Shown: piece by piece, positions 10,208 to 20,700 of the stretch
Layout of the letters: each line of letters starts with the position of its first letter
How positions within the stretch are numbered: the first letter of the stretch is position 1
Origin: Polyangiaceae bacterium
GTDB taxonomy: Bacteria > Myxococcota_A > Polyangia > Polyangiales > Polyangiaceae
DNA length: 64,000 nt
Direction of reading: 5' to 3'
Assembly (NCBI GenBank): GCA_044222475.1
Contig: JBGANF010000007.1
Coordinates: forward strand, 63,005 to 127,004
Notes under the pieces: generated by a model
What the model was told of the DNA's origin: nothing
Databases searched by the model: none
Seen by the model: only the letters and a program-made list of their open reading frames with translations
Position numbers and translations under genes: made by a program

Positions 10208-12031
10208 TCAGCGGACGGCCCACGTCCCGTGCATGCTCTCGATGCGCGCGAGCAGCAGCTCTCGTTGCAGCTTCAGCGCCTTGGGCATGCGATCGCCCAG
10301 CGAGTCGAAGAGCTCCTTCTGCGACTCGAGCTCGGCGCGCCACTCGTCGAGATCGATCGCGGTCGCCTGGTCGACCTTCTCGGACGGCACGGACAGCCCC
10401 GACAAGTCGAGGTCACCCGCCTTGGGCACCCAGCCGAACGGCGTCTCCTGGCCGCCGACGCGCAGGCGCGCGCGATCGACGATCCACTTGAGCACGCGCA
10501 TGTTCTCGCCGAACCCGGGCCAGAGGAACTTGCCGTCTTTGTCCTTCCGGAACCAGTTGACCATGAAGATCTTCGGCGGATAGGCGATCTGCGCCTGCAT
10601 CTCGAGCCAGTGCGCGAAGTAGTCGCCCATGTTGTATCCACAGAACGGAAGCATCGCCATCGGGTCGCGGCGCACGACGCCGACCTTGCCGGTCGCCGCG
10701 GCGGTCGTCTCGGAGCCGAGCGTCGCGCCCATGTAGACGCCGTTCGTCCAGTTGAACGCCTGCATGACGAGCGGCACCGTCGTGGCGCGGCGACCGCCGA
10801 AGATGATCGCGCTGATCGGCACGCCCTCGGGATCGTCGGCGAAGCGCGACTTCACCGGGTTGTTGTTCGCCGGCGCGGTGAAGCGCGAGTTCGGGTGCGC
10901 CGCCTTCTCCGTCGAGTCGCGCTTGGTCCACGGCCGACCTTGCCAATCGGTGAGCTCCTCGGGGACCTCGCCGTCCTTGCCTTCCCACCACACGTCGCCG
11001 TCCTTGGTGAGCGCGACGTTCGTGAAGAGCGTGTCCTTGAGGATCGTCTTCATCGCGTTCGGGTTCGAGCTGTAGCTCGTGCCCGGCGCGACGCCGAAGT
11101 AGCCGGCCTCCGGGTTGATCGCGTAGAGCCGCCCGTCGCTGCCGACGCGCATCCACGCGATGTCGTCACCGACGGTCCAGATCTTCCAGCCCTTGAAGCG
11201 AGCGGGCGGGATCATCATCGCGAAGTTCGTCTTGCCGCACGCGCTCGGGAAGGCGGCGGCGACGTACGTCATCTCGCCCTCGGGGCTCTCGACGCCGAGG
11301 ATCAGCATGTGCTCTGCGAGCCAGCCTTCCTTCTTGCCGAGGTAGCTGCCGATGCGGAGCGCGAGACACTTCTTGCCGAGCAGCACGTTGCCGCCGTACC
11401 CGGAGCCGACGCTCCAGATCGTGTTGTCCTGCGGGAAGTGACAGATGAAGCGGCGCTCCGGGTTGAGGTCCAGCATCGAGTGGAAGCCGCGGTTCCAGTC
11501 GTTGCTCTCGTTGCCGAGCATCTTCAGGGCGCAGTCGCCCATGCGCGTCATGATGCGCATGTTGAGGACCACGTAGACGCTGTCGGTGATCTCGACGCCG
11601 ACCTTCGCCATCGGCGAGCCGAGCGGCCCCATGACGTACGGGATGACGTACATCGTGCGGCCCTTCATCGCGCCGTCGAACAGCTTGCCGAGCTTCTCGT
11701 AGGCGTCCTTCGGGGACATCCAGTTGTTCGTCGGCCCCGCTTCGTCCTTGGTCTTGGTGCAGATGAAGGTGAGGTTCTCCACCCGCGCCACGTCGTTCGG
11801 GTTGGAGCGCGCGAGGTAGCAGCCCGGGAGCTTCTCCTGGTTCAGCGGCAGGAGCGTCCCGTCGGAGAGCGCGAGCTCGGTGAGGCGCGCGCGCTCCTCC
11901 TCGGTCCCGTCGCAGAGGACGACCTTCTCGGGCTTCGCGAGCGCGGCGCACTCGGCGACCCACTTCGCGACGTGGGGGTTCTTGATGGTGGTCGGTTTGC
12001 CGGCGGAATCGAGGACTTGGACACTGGCCAT
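10208..12031 (-). CDS. pckG: Phosphoenolpyruvate carboxykinase (GTP)
   Basis: [37 protein letters not shown] and [11 protein letters not shown] motifs. Confidence 0.97.
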   Translation of the reverse strand: MASVQVLDSAGKPTTIKNPHVAKWVAECAALAKPEKVVLCDGTEEERARLTELALSDGTLLPLNQEKLPGCYLARSNPNDVARVENLTFICTKTKDEAGPTNNWMSPKDAYEKLGKLFDGAMKGRTMYVIPYVMGPLGSPMAKVGVEITDSVYVVLNMRIMTRMGDCALKMLGNESNDWNRGFHSMLDLNPERRFICHFPQDNTIWSVGSGYGGNVLLGKKCLALRIGSYLGKKEGWLAEHMLILGVESPEGEMTYVAAAFPSACGKTNFAMMIPPARFKGWKIWTVGDDIAWMRVGSDGRLYAINPEAGYFGVAPGTSYSSNPNAMKTILKDTLFTNVALTKDGDVWWEGKDGEVPEELTDWQGRPWTKRDSTEKAAHPNSRFTAPANNNPVKSRFADDPEGVPISAIIFGGRRATTVPLVMQAFNWTNGVYMGATLGSETTAAATGKVGVVRRDPMAMLPFCGYNMGDYFAHWLEMQAQIAYPPKIFMVNWFRKDKDGKFLWPGFGENMRVLKWIVDRARLRVGGQETPFGWVPKAGDLDLSGLSVPSEKVDQATAIDLDEWRAELESQKELFDSLGDRMPKALKLQRELLLARIESMHGTWAVR

Positions 12032-12153
12032 GGGGAACGCGTTTGTAGCGCAATTCGGGCAAAAATAGAACGCAGGGGGAACCTTTCCCACATGTCGGGC
12101 GTCTCAGTTTTTGCATGGCGAACGCCACTGGTTCGTCCATCATTGGAGGACGG

Positions 12154-12906
12154 ATGCGCACTGCCCTGGTCCATGGCCTTCGCTACCGCGGTTTTTCGGC
12201 ATGCGCGGTGCTCGCGCTCGCGCTGGCGCCGTGCGCGTGCTCGTCCGGCACGAGCAAGGCCGCGAGCATGCCGATCGTGGCGGCGTCGCCACCCAAGGAC
12301 GATGGTCAGCCCGCGCAGGGATCGACCGGCGGGATCGAGCACGCCGCCGCGCTCGAAGAGCTCCGCGTCGCGCCCGTGTCACCTCGACCCGATCGCCAGA
12401 ACGCGATCGCAGTCCCCCTCCCCGACGCCGAGCACTGGATGCGGGTGAAGTTCTGGGGCATCCCGACGCTCGTCGGGTTCCGCTACGGGCAGGGCCACCA
12501 CGCGGTGGTCGGCGGGTACGTGACCCACGTGCCCGACAACAGCATCCCCGGCGTGTGCGCGAAGAGCTTCGAGAAGTGGGCGATGCCTCTCATCGAGGCG
12601 TACGACGTCGACATCAAGCACGACCCTGCGCAAGCCTTCGCGTGGCACCGAACGCCCGACACGACCGACCTCGTCGACGTCGAGTCGCTCTTCGCCAGCG
12701 CGGCGACGCTCATCGAGCAGAGCGAACAAGCGGTCGCCTACGCGACCTACCCCGCATGGAAGGGGGCATGCCTCGTCGTCGGAGTGGGCGTCCCCGTCCG
12801 TGACGGTGACGTCACGCGCGCGAAGGCCGTGCGTGATCGCTTCGTGAAGGACGTTCTTCCGTTCGTCCAGGTCACGAGCGACGAGGAGCCTCCCGAGCGC
12901 TACTGA
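12154..12906 (+). CDS. Hypothetical lipoprotein
   Basis: GGAGGA before ATG 12154; hydrophobic N-terminus ending CACSS. Confidence 0.75.
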   Translation: MRTALVHGLRYRGFSACAVLALALAPCACSSGTSKAASMPIVAASPPKDDGQPAQGSTGGIEHAAALEELRVAPVSPRPDRQNAIAVPLPDAEHWMRVKFWGIPTLVGFRYGQGHHAVVGGYVTHVPDNSIPGVCAKSFEKWAMPLIEAYDVDIKHDPAQAFAWHRTPDTTDLVDVESLFASAATLIEQSEQAVAYATYPAWKGACLVVGVGVPVRDGDVTRAKAVRDRFVKDVLPFVQVTSDEEPPERY

Positions 12907-14244
12907 CGTCCGCGACGGCGGCGCCGGAGGAGGACCGCTGCGACCGCGAAGGTGAGCCCGATCGAGCCCGGTGCGCTCTTCGACGGACCCGCCTCGTTGC
13001 AGCTGCAGCCTCCGCCGGCGAGGGTGCCGGGATCGTCGGGCATCGTCGCGTCGACGGCAGCGTCCGCGGTGGCGTCGGTCGTCGCGTCGGCGGTGGCATC
13101 GGCCGAGGCGTCCACTGCAGCGTCGGCCGAGGCGTCCACCGCAGCGTCCACTGTTGCGTCCACCGAGGCGTCCGCCGATGCGTCGGCGGAAGAAGCATCG
13201 GACGATGCGTCGACCGACGCGTCCACGCCCGTGTCGGCCGTCGCGTCGAGATCCGCGTCCACGCTCCCGTCGAGATCGGCCCCGCCCGCCGAGATCCGCG
13301 TCGAACGACTCCGTCGAGATCCGCGTCGAACGACCCGTCGAGATCCGCGTCGAACGACCCGTCGAGATCCGCGTCGAACGACCCGTCGAGATCCGCGTCG
13401 AACGACCCGTCGAGATCCGCGTCGAACGACCCGTCGAGATCCGCGTCGAACGACCCGTCGAGGTCCGCGTCGACGGCTGCGTCGACGACGATGATGATCC
13501 CGCCGTCGTCGGAGTCGACGGCGGCGTCGATCGCGGAGTCGTCTGCGGCGTCGCTCCCCGCGTCGACGGCGCACACGTTGAGCGACGAGGCCGTGTTGCG
13601 CGGCACCGGCACCGGCGTCGTGAAGTCCGCCGCGTTGTCTCCGGAGCGTCACCCAGCCGCCCCGTTCCGGCAGCGCTGCTTTCGTCGACGACAGCGCAGC
13701 CCGTGGCGGCAGCCCCTTCGAACTGGCTCGCCGTTCCGTATCCGACGAGATCCACCCAGCCGCCGACGGTGCACGGCGTCAAGGTCGAGCCGCACGCGTT
13801 CAGCTTGCTCGACGTCAGGACGAGGGCAACCTTGCCGTTCGACGCGCTCATGTCGGTGGTCCCCGAAGCGTCCTCCGTGGGCAACGCCACGCCATTGACG
13901 CCACCGGCCAACTTGATGAGGAAGTACTGGCCAGGCTGGAGGCTGAAGCTCGGAAGATCGACGGCGAGACCGGCGTTGTTGTTGACGAAGTTGCTCGCCG
14001 TCGCCGCGTACTGAATGGAGTACCCGGACAGCTGCACCGCGCTCGAGCCGCGGTTGAAGATCTCCACGAAGTCGTTTTGATACGTCGCCCCCGAATTTCC
14101 GCCGCCGCCGTACACCTGGCTGATCACGAGATCGGGCGAGACGACGGCGGCCTGCCGAGTGGAATGCGTCTCTTCCGCTCCCGAGCACGCGGAGAAGAGC
14201 GCCGTGGTCACCAGGCCGAGGGCTGCGGCGTAGTGGAGCTTCAT
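12900..14244 (-). pseudogene. Lamin-tail-domain surface protein with Asp/Ala-rich stalk and MYXO-CTERM; frameshifted (pseudogene or sequence error)
   Basis: LVISQVYGGGGNSGA...DFVEIFN domain, DADLDGSF repeats and GGGCSC...AVLLRRRRR tail lie in three different frames. Confidence 0.8.
13291..13473. repeat. 24-bp tandem repeat GAGATCCGCGTCGAACGACCCGTC
   Basis: Six perfect copies at 13316-13459, one copy with an extra T at 13291-13315, degenerate flanks; encodes DADLDGSF on the minus strand. Confidence 0.95.
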
Positions 14245-14325
14245 GGGGGGTGGCACTCTACAACTACTTATCGAAGCGCGGGTGGCCGACTCCATTCTGC
14301 CCCGAAATGTGCTTAGCTTCGGGGC

Positions 14326-14730
14326 ATGCAGTCGCAGATCCCCCGCTTCGCCGCCCTTTTCACGGGCGCCATGGCGCTCACCCTCGGTTTCGCGGCGTGC
14401 AGCAGCGACGACACATCGGGGACGCCCGACTCCGGGCCCGGGAACGACGCCGCGGTGGAGGCGTCCCCGTGCGGGCCCCTCACGCTGATCTGCAAGCCGG
14501 GCGAGCCGGGCAAGGCCTGCTCCCAGATCCCGACGACGGCCAAATGCAACGGCACGACGTGGGCGTGCGCGGCCGGCAGCATCAGCGCGAGCCTTTGCGG
14601 CTGCGCTGCCGATACCAACCGGCCGGTGGGCTCCGATTGCAGCAACGATGCCGGGACGGGAGACGCCTCGGCCGACGCGCCAGCCGAGAGCGGCAGCGAC
14701 GCGAGCTCGGACGGAGGTTCGAACGGCTGA
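14326..14730 (+). CDS. Small Cys-rich lipoprotein
   Basis: Lipobox FAAC, several further Cys, DAG linkers. Confidence 0.8.
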   Translation: MQSQIPRFAALFTGAMALTLGFAACSSDDTSGTPDSGPGNDAAVEASPCGPLTLICKPGEPGKACSQIPTTAKCNGTTWACAAGSISASLCGCAADTNRPVGSDCSNDAGTGDASADAPAESGSDASSDGGSNG

Positions 14731-14731
14731 G

Positions 14732-15076
14732 ATGGTTCCGTCGCGGTGGTCTCGCTTCGGGCTGCTGGTCGTTCTCGCGGCCGCGCTCGGGTTCCTCTTT
14801 GCGGTGGCGGTCTCCGCGCAGCGCACGGCGCGGATGCATGCCGCGCTGGGGCTCGGCGTCGAGGCCGAGAGGCCCGGCTCGTTGGCCTGGCACGACGTCG
14901 CGAACGACGTCGCGGACGACGACGGCGACGACGGCGACGATGAGCTGACTCCACCGGGCCATCCACCCGACCCGGCGGTCGTCCCTTTCGGGGATGGTGA
15001 CTCCCGTGAGCCGCTTCGCGTCGCCGAGCGGGAGCCCGAGTCGCCGTTCCTCGCGCTCGAAGAAGACCCTCCCTAG
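14732..15076 (+). CDS. Putative leader/regulatory protein of the RND operon (N-terminal TM, acidic tract, ends DPP-stop)
   Basis: 114-aa ORF MVPSRWSRFGLLVVLAAALG...LEEDPP directly upstream of the TolC gene. Confidence 0.65.
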   Translation: MVPSRWSRFGLLVVLAAALGFLFAVAVSAQRTARMHAALGLGVEAERPGSLAWHDVANDVADDDGDDGDDELTPPGHPPDPAVVPFGDGDSREPLRVAEREPESPFLALEEDPP

Positions 15077-15159
15077 ACGGATGCGGCTCGAGGCTGCGCC
15101 GCGCCTTTCGTGACGCGACGTAGGCGTTGGACCTAGCATCTATCCGTTGGAGGTTTCTG

Positions 15160-16392
15160 GTGAAGTCGCATGTAGTTCGTGCCTCTGCCGCAGCGCTCGT
15201 GGCGCTCGCCATCGTCGCTTCGACGACGCCTGCGCGCGCCGAGTGGCCGCCCGTGGGGCGTGTGCTCGAGCTCGCCAAGGAGCGGTCGCTCGCCGGCAAG
15301 GACGCCAACGCCCAGGTCGCCGTCGCCCAATCGTTCCAGACCTGGGCGCGGCTGCCCTGGCTGACGAACCCGTACGTCGAGTTCCAGGCGAACAAGGGGC
15401 CCTCGACGAAGGACATCGCGTTCTACAGCTTCATGATGATCCCCATCGAGATCAACGGACAGCGCGGCGCCCGAATCGACGAGGCCGACGCGATGCTGCG
15501 CTGGCGTGCGACCGCCCGCGACGACGTGAAGTGGCGCACCGCGGGCGACGCCGTCGCCTTCTGGGGGCTCACCACCGCTGCCGCTGCCCGCGCCGAGCAG
15601 TACGCCAAGGCCGAGGCCGACGCCAAAGCCGAGACCGACTACTACGCCGCGCGACTCGCCGCGAGCGACTCGACGGTGCTCGAGAAGAGCCTCGCCGACG
15701 CGGAGCTCGCGCGCTACGCGCAGCTCAAGGCCGAAGCGACGATCGAGCTCCTGGCGACGAAGAGCCAGCTCGAGACGGTCATCGGCGTCGCGGTCGACGC
15801 ACCGCCGCCGTCCAGCGTCGAGCCGCCTCCGCTCAAGACGCCCAACGCGGATGCCTTCGCGAAGCGGGTCGTCGATGGCTCGCCGGCGCTCAAGGCGTTG
15901 ACTCACGAAGCCACGTATTGGGACGCCCAGAGCACGCGCGTCGCGCGCGACGCCAACGTCCCGCTCAACTTCATCGTGAACTTCGCCAGGAACGATCTTG
16001 GCGAGTTCCAATTCGGCGGCGGGCTCTCGTGGAACTTCCCCCTCACGATCCGCAACCAGGGCGCCGTCGCGCAGGCGCACGCCCAACGCGACCGAGCGGA
16101 CACGCTCCATGCGACGTTCGAGCCGCTCCTCGCGACGCGAGCGAAGAGCCTCTTCGACCAGTACCAGATCGCGCGCGCCGCGCTCGACGCGGTCGACGCG
16201 AACGCGATCCCCGCGGCCGATCGGGTCGTCGACTACACCCAGCAAGGGTACAAGGCCGGAAAGACGGAGTACCTCCACGTCCTGCAGGCGCGCCGCGACC
16301 GCGCGTTCACGTACGCCCGCCGGCTCGATCTCCTCGGGACGCTGTGGCGCAAATACGGAGAGATGGTGGGTCTCTTGGGAGAGCTGCCATGA
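15160..16392 (+). CDS. TolC/CzcC-like outer-membrane efflux protein
   Basis: GGAGG then GTG 15160; signal peptide; FPL..RNQG and GYKAGKTEYLHVLQARR motifs. Confidence 0.9.
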   Translation: MKSHVVRASAAALVALAIVASTTPARAEWPPVGRVLELAKERSLAGKDANAQVAVAQSFQTWARLPWLTNPYVEFQANKGPSTKDIAFYSFMMIPIEINGQRGARIDEADAMLRWRATARDDVKWRTAGDAVAFWGLTTAAAARAEQYAKAEADAKAETDYYAARLAASDSTVLEKSLADAELARYAQLKAEATIELLATKSQLETVIGVAVDAPPPSSVEPPPLKTPNADAFAKRVVDGSPALKALTHEATYWDAQSTRVARDANVPLNFIVNFARNDLGEFQFGGGLSWNFPLTIRNQGAVAQAHAQRDRADTLHATFEPLLATRAKSLFDQYQIARAALDAVDANAIPAADRVVDYTQQGYKAGKTEYLHVLQARRDRAFTYARRLDLLGTLWRKYGEMVGLLGELP

Positions 16393-17642
16393 GGATTCAC
16401 CCCAACGTCAGGGGCTGCGCCCCCGACACCCCGGCGAGAATTTCGGGGCCCGCCCCCAACGGCCCCGGTGACCAGAGTCGCTCGTCGGCGCCCCGGAGGA
16501 TGCTCGCCGTTCTGTTCTCGATGCTCGCGCTCGGGGCCAGCGCTTCGTGTGCATCCTGCAAGGATGCGTCGGCGACCAAGAGCGAGTCCGACGCAGGACC
16601 TCAAGGTCCGCGCGTGGTCAAGCTCGACCCCGGCGCCGTCACTCGGCTCGGCGTCAAGGTCGACGTCGCGGGCGCGGCGGGGCCGAGCCGCACGCTCCAC
16701 GTGAACGGTACCCTCGACTACGACTACGACGACTACGCCGAGGTCGGCGTCCCGCTCGAAGGCCGCGTGACCCGCGTCGACGTCAAGGTGAGCGATCACG
16801 TGAAGAAGGGCGCCACCTTGGCGACCATCGTCGTTCCCTCCGTCGCCAGCGCGCAGGCCGACTACCTCCAGGCACAAGCCGCCGTCACCGCTGCACGGAA
16901 GAACCGCGACCGCGAGGAGGATCTCCTCTCACGGCAGCTCACGACCGCGCGCGAGGCCGAGATCGCGCGGAGCGAAGCCGCGAAAGCAGAGGCCGACTTC
17001 GCCGCGGCCTCCGCGCGGCTGAACGCGCTTCGCGTCGGCATCCCCCAGAGCGACTCGATGGTCGCGGCGGCGGGCACGTTGGCGCTCACCGCGCCAATCG
17101 AGGGGGTCGTCGTCGCGCGCAAGGCGAACCTCGGCGTGTTCCTCACCCCGAGCGACACCGCGTTCATCATCGCCGACCTGTCCCAGCTCTGGGCATCGCT
17201 CGAGATCCACGAGTCCGACATCGGCTACCTCAAGATCGGCGCAGACGTCGACCTCGTCGTCGACGCGATGGCGGGAAAGACCTTCAAAGGCAAGCTCGCG
17301 CTCATCGAGCCCGCGCTCTCGAAGGCATCACGCGCCGCCCGCGCGCGCGTCGTCGTGGACAACAAGTCGTTCGAGCTCCGGCCGGGGCTGTTCCTGCGCG
17401 CCAACATCGCGCTCCCCGCCGATGCGCCGGGGCGGCTCTTCGTCCCCGCCGGGGCGGTGCAACCGCTCGCCGAGGTCGACGTCGTCTTCATCGAGCGCAC
17501 CCCCGGTACCTTCGAGGTACGCGAGGTGAAGGTCGCGCGCCGGACCCCCGACGTCGTCGAGATCTCCGAGGGTCTCGCCAGCGGCGAGCGCATCGTCGTC
17601 GAGAACGCGTTCCTCCTCCGCGGCGAAGTGACGAATCAATGA
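16389..17642 (+). CDS. RND periplasmic adaptor (CzcB-like)
   Basis: ATGA overlap; EGRVTRVDVKVSDHVKKG, LTAPIEGVV, LRPGLF, EGLASGERIV. Confidence 0.92.
   Translation: MRIHPNVRGCAPDTPARISGPAPNGPGDQSRSSAPRRMLAVLFSMLALGASASCASCKDASATKSESDAGPQGPRVVKLDPGAVTRLGVKVDVAGAAGPSRTLHVNGTLDYDYDDYAEVGVPLEGRVTRVDVKVSDHVKKGATLATIVVPSVASAQADYLQAQAAVTAARKNRDREEDLLSRQLTTAREAEIARSEAAKAEADFAAASARLNALRVGIPQSDSMVAAAGTLALTAPIEGVVVARKANLGVFLTPSDTAFIIADLSQLWASLEIHESDIGYLKIGADVDLVVDAMAGKTFKGKLALIEPALSKASRAARARVVVDNKSFELRPGLFLRANIALPADAPGRLFVPAGAVQPLAEVDVVFIERTPGTFEVREVKVARRTPDVVEISEGLASGERIVVENAFLLRGEVTNQ
16402..16432 (+). repeat. 31-bp REP-like hairpin repeat, copy 1
   Basis: CCAACGTCAGGGGCTGCGCCCCCGACACCCC, 29/31 identical to 52552-52582. 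Confidence 0.85.
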
Positions 17643-17701
17643 ACTCGCGTTCGTTGATCCTCGCGTGCGCGGAGCGTGCGTCAGCGGAGCGACGAGCATG
17701 A
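17639..17701 (+). other. MIRU-like intergenic mini-ORF (20 aa) bounded by ATGA at both ends
   Basis: ATGA 17639-17642 contains the adaptor stop and ATGA 17698-17701 contains the RND start; reads MNSRSLILACAERASAERRA-stop. Confidence 0.7.
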
Positions 17702-20700
17702 GCGGCGTGGTTCGCTGGGCGGCCGACAACGCGCTCGTCGTCGTCCTGATGGCGCTGACGATCGTGCTCGGCGGCGCCTTCGCGGCGTCGCGGCTCCCGA
17801 TCGACGCCGTCCCTGACGTGACCAACGTCCAGGTGCAGGTGGTGACCCGCGTCCCTGCCCTCTCGGCCGGCGAGGTCGAAACCCAGATTACCCAGCCCAT
17901 CGAGCGCACGATGGCCGGCGTCCCGAACCTCCGCGAGATCCGCAGCATCACGAAGATGGGGATCTCGATCGTGACGCTCGTCTTCACCGACGACGTCAAC
18001 GTGTACTTTGCACGCACCTTGGTCAACGAGCGCCTCACCTCGGTGCGCGACCAGATCCCGCCCGAGATCGGCAAGCCGGAGCTCGGCCCGATCTCGACCG
18101 GCCTGGGTGAGATCTACATGTTCGAGCTGCGGCCGGTGGTCGAGGAGACGCGCTCGAACGAGGAGCTCCGCACGATCATCGAGTGGCAGATCGCCCCCAA
18201 GCTCCGCCAGGTGCCGGGCGTGATCGACGTCGTGGGCTTCGGCGGCTCGCTCAAGCAGTACCGAGTCATCCTCGATCCCGAGCGGCTCCGCGCGAGCGCC
18301 GTCTCGGTCGAAGAGGTGAAGACGGCGCTCCAGAAGGACAACGCCGTCACCGGCGGAGGCTACATCGAGCGCAACGGCGAGGCGGTCGTCCTCCGCGGCG
18401 ATGCACGCTTCCGAAGCCTCGAGGACATCGGCGCGACCGTCATCCGCATCGACGACCGCGGCGCTCCGATCACCGTGGCCCAGCTCGGCGAGGTCGACAC
18501 TGGAGCGGCCCTCCGCCAGGGCGCGATGACCCGCGATGGCCGCGGCGAGATCGTCGGCGCGAGCGTGTGGATGCTCAAGGACTCGAACAGCCGCAAGGTC
18601 GTCGCCGACGTGAAGACCGCGCTCGACGAGCTCAAGCCCAAGCTCCCGGCGAACTTGGTCGTCGAGCCCTACTACGACCGCGCCGAGTTCATCGACCGGG
18701 TCGTGGGCACCGTGCTCCACAACCTCGTCGAGGGAGCGGTCCTCGTCGTCGTCTGCCTTCTCCTCACGCTCGGAAGCATCCGTGCGGGCTTCATCGTCGC
18801 GGGCGCCATTCCGTTCGCGATGCTCGTGGCGATGATCGGCCTCAACGCCCTCGGCATCAGCGGCAACGTCATGTCGCTCGGCTCGGTCGACTTCGGCATC
18901 GTCGTGGAGGGTGCGGTCGTCGTCATCGAGCACGCGTTGACCCACATGGGTCCGCCCGGAAGCCGGCGAAGACGCAAGGAAGCGCTGGTCAGCGCGATGT
19001 CGGGCGTCGCGCGGCCGGTCGTGTTCAGCGTCGTCATCGTGACCCTGGTCTTCTTGCCGCTCGTCACCCTCGAGGACGTCGAGGGCAAGATGTTCCGCCC
19101 GGTGGTCTTCTCGCTCGTGTTCATGCTCATCGGGGCGCTTTTCTACGCGCTCGTGATCATCCCGGCGATCATGCCGCTGGTCTTCCTGAAGACGTCGCAG
19201 CCGAAGACGCCGCTGCTCGTGCGATGGATGGAGCGCGTCTACCGACCGACGCTCGACTTCGTGCTCAAGCGACCACGCTCGTCCGTCCTGGCGAGCTACG
19301 CCGCGGCTGCCATCCTCCTCGCGATCGGGAGCACCATCGGCGCCGAGTTCCTCCCCCGCATCTTCGAGGGCGCGTTCGCTCTCGACGCGCGGCGACCGCC
19401 CAGCGTCGGCCTCGAAGAGGCGATCAACCTCGGGGACGAGACCGAAGAGACCCTCAAGGAGTTTCCCGAGGTGAAGACGGTCGTCAACCGCATCGGCCGC
19501 CCCGAGGGCGCGGTCGACCCGCAGGGGATGGAAGGAAGCGACGTCTTCGTCATTCTCAAGCCGAAGAGCGAGTGGCGCCGCGGCATGACGGTCGAGCGCC
19601 TGACCGAGGAGATGGACCAAGCGCTCGACGCCCGCGTCCCTGCGACGATCCACTCGTTCTCTCAGCCGATCGAGATGCGCGTCAACGATCTCATCGCCGG
19701 CGTGAAGAGCGATCTCGCGATCAAGGTGTTCGGCTACGACCTCGCCGAGATGACGATCGTCGCCAAGCAGATCAAGGACATCGTCTCTGCGGTGCCCGGC
19801 GCTCAGGACGTGAAGATGGAGATCGCCACCGGCCTCCCCTCGATCCGGGTCGCCGTTCGCCGGGACCGTGCAGGGCGCCTCGCGGTGTCTCCACGGAGCA
19901 TCCTCGACCTCGTCGAGATGTCTCGTGCGGGACAAGTCGTGGGCGAGGTGCGGGAGAACGAGCGGATCTTCGATCTCGTCATGAAGCTCGGCAACGCCCA
20001 GATGGCCGAGGAGCCCGACCTCTCGCGCCTCCCGGTGATGACGTACCAAGGCAACCTCGTTCCGCTCTCCGCCGTCGCCGACGTGAACGAAGAGAACACG
20101 GTCGTACAGATCAGCCGCGAGCGAATGAAGCGCCGCCTGGTCGTCGAGTCGAACATCCGCGGGCGCGATCTCGTGGGGTTCGTCACCGACGCTCAACAGC
20201 GGGTCGACGCTCAGGTCAAGCCGCCGCCCGGCATCGAGCTCGTGTGGGGCGGTCAGTTCCAGAACTTCAACCGCGCGAAGACCAGGCTCACGCTGCTCGT
20301 GCCGGTCGCGCTCGCGATCATCGCGGTCCTCCTCGTGATGACGTTCCGCTCGATGAAGTACATGGCGGTGACGATGCTGAACCTGCCGTTCGCGGTCGCC
20401 GGCGGCGCGTTCGCGCTGTGGCTTCGTGGCCTGCCCTTCAGCATCCCCGCCGGCGTCGGCTTCATCGCGCTCTCGGGCGTGTCCGTCATGACCGGCGTCG
20501 TCATGACGACGAACCTCATGGCGATCCCGAAGACGGTCAACGCCGTCGAGCGCGTACGCCGTGCGGCGATGCAGTCGCTTCGGCCGGTCGCGTCGACGGC
20601 GATCGTCGCCGCGATCGGCTTCGTGCCGATGGCGATCGCGACGGGCCCGGGCGCCGAGGTCCAACGCCCCCTCGCGACCGTGGTCATCTTCGGTCTCATC

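Noticed and set aside
13291..13473. 24-bp repeats as a CRISPR array
   Set aside because: Copies are contiguous with no spacers, encode an in-frame peptide, and there are no cas genes
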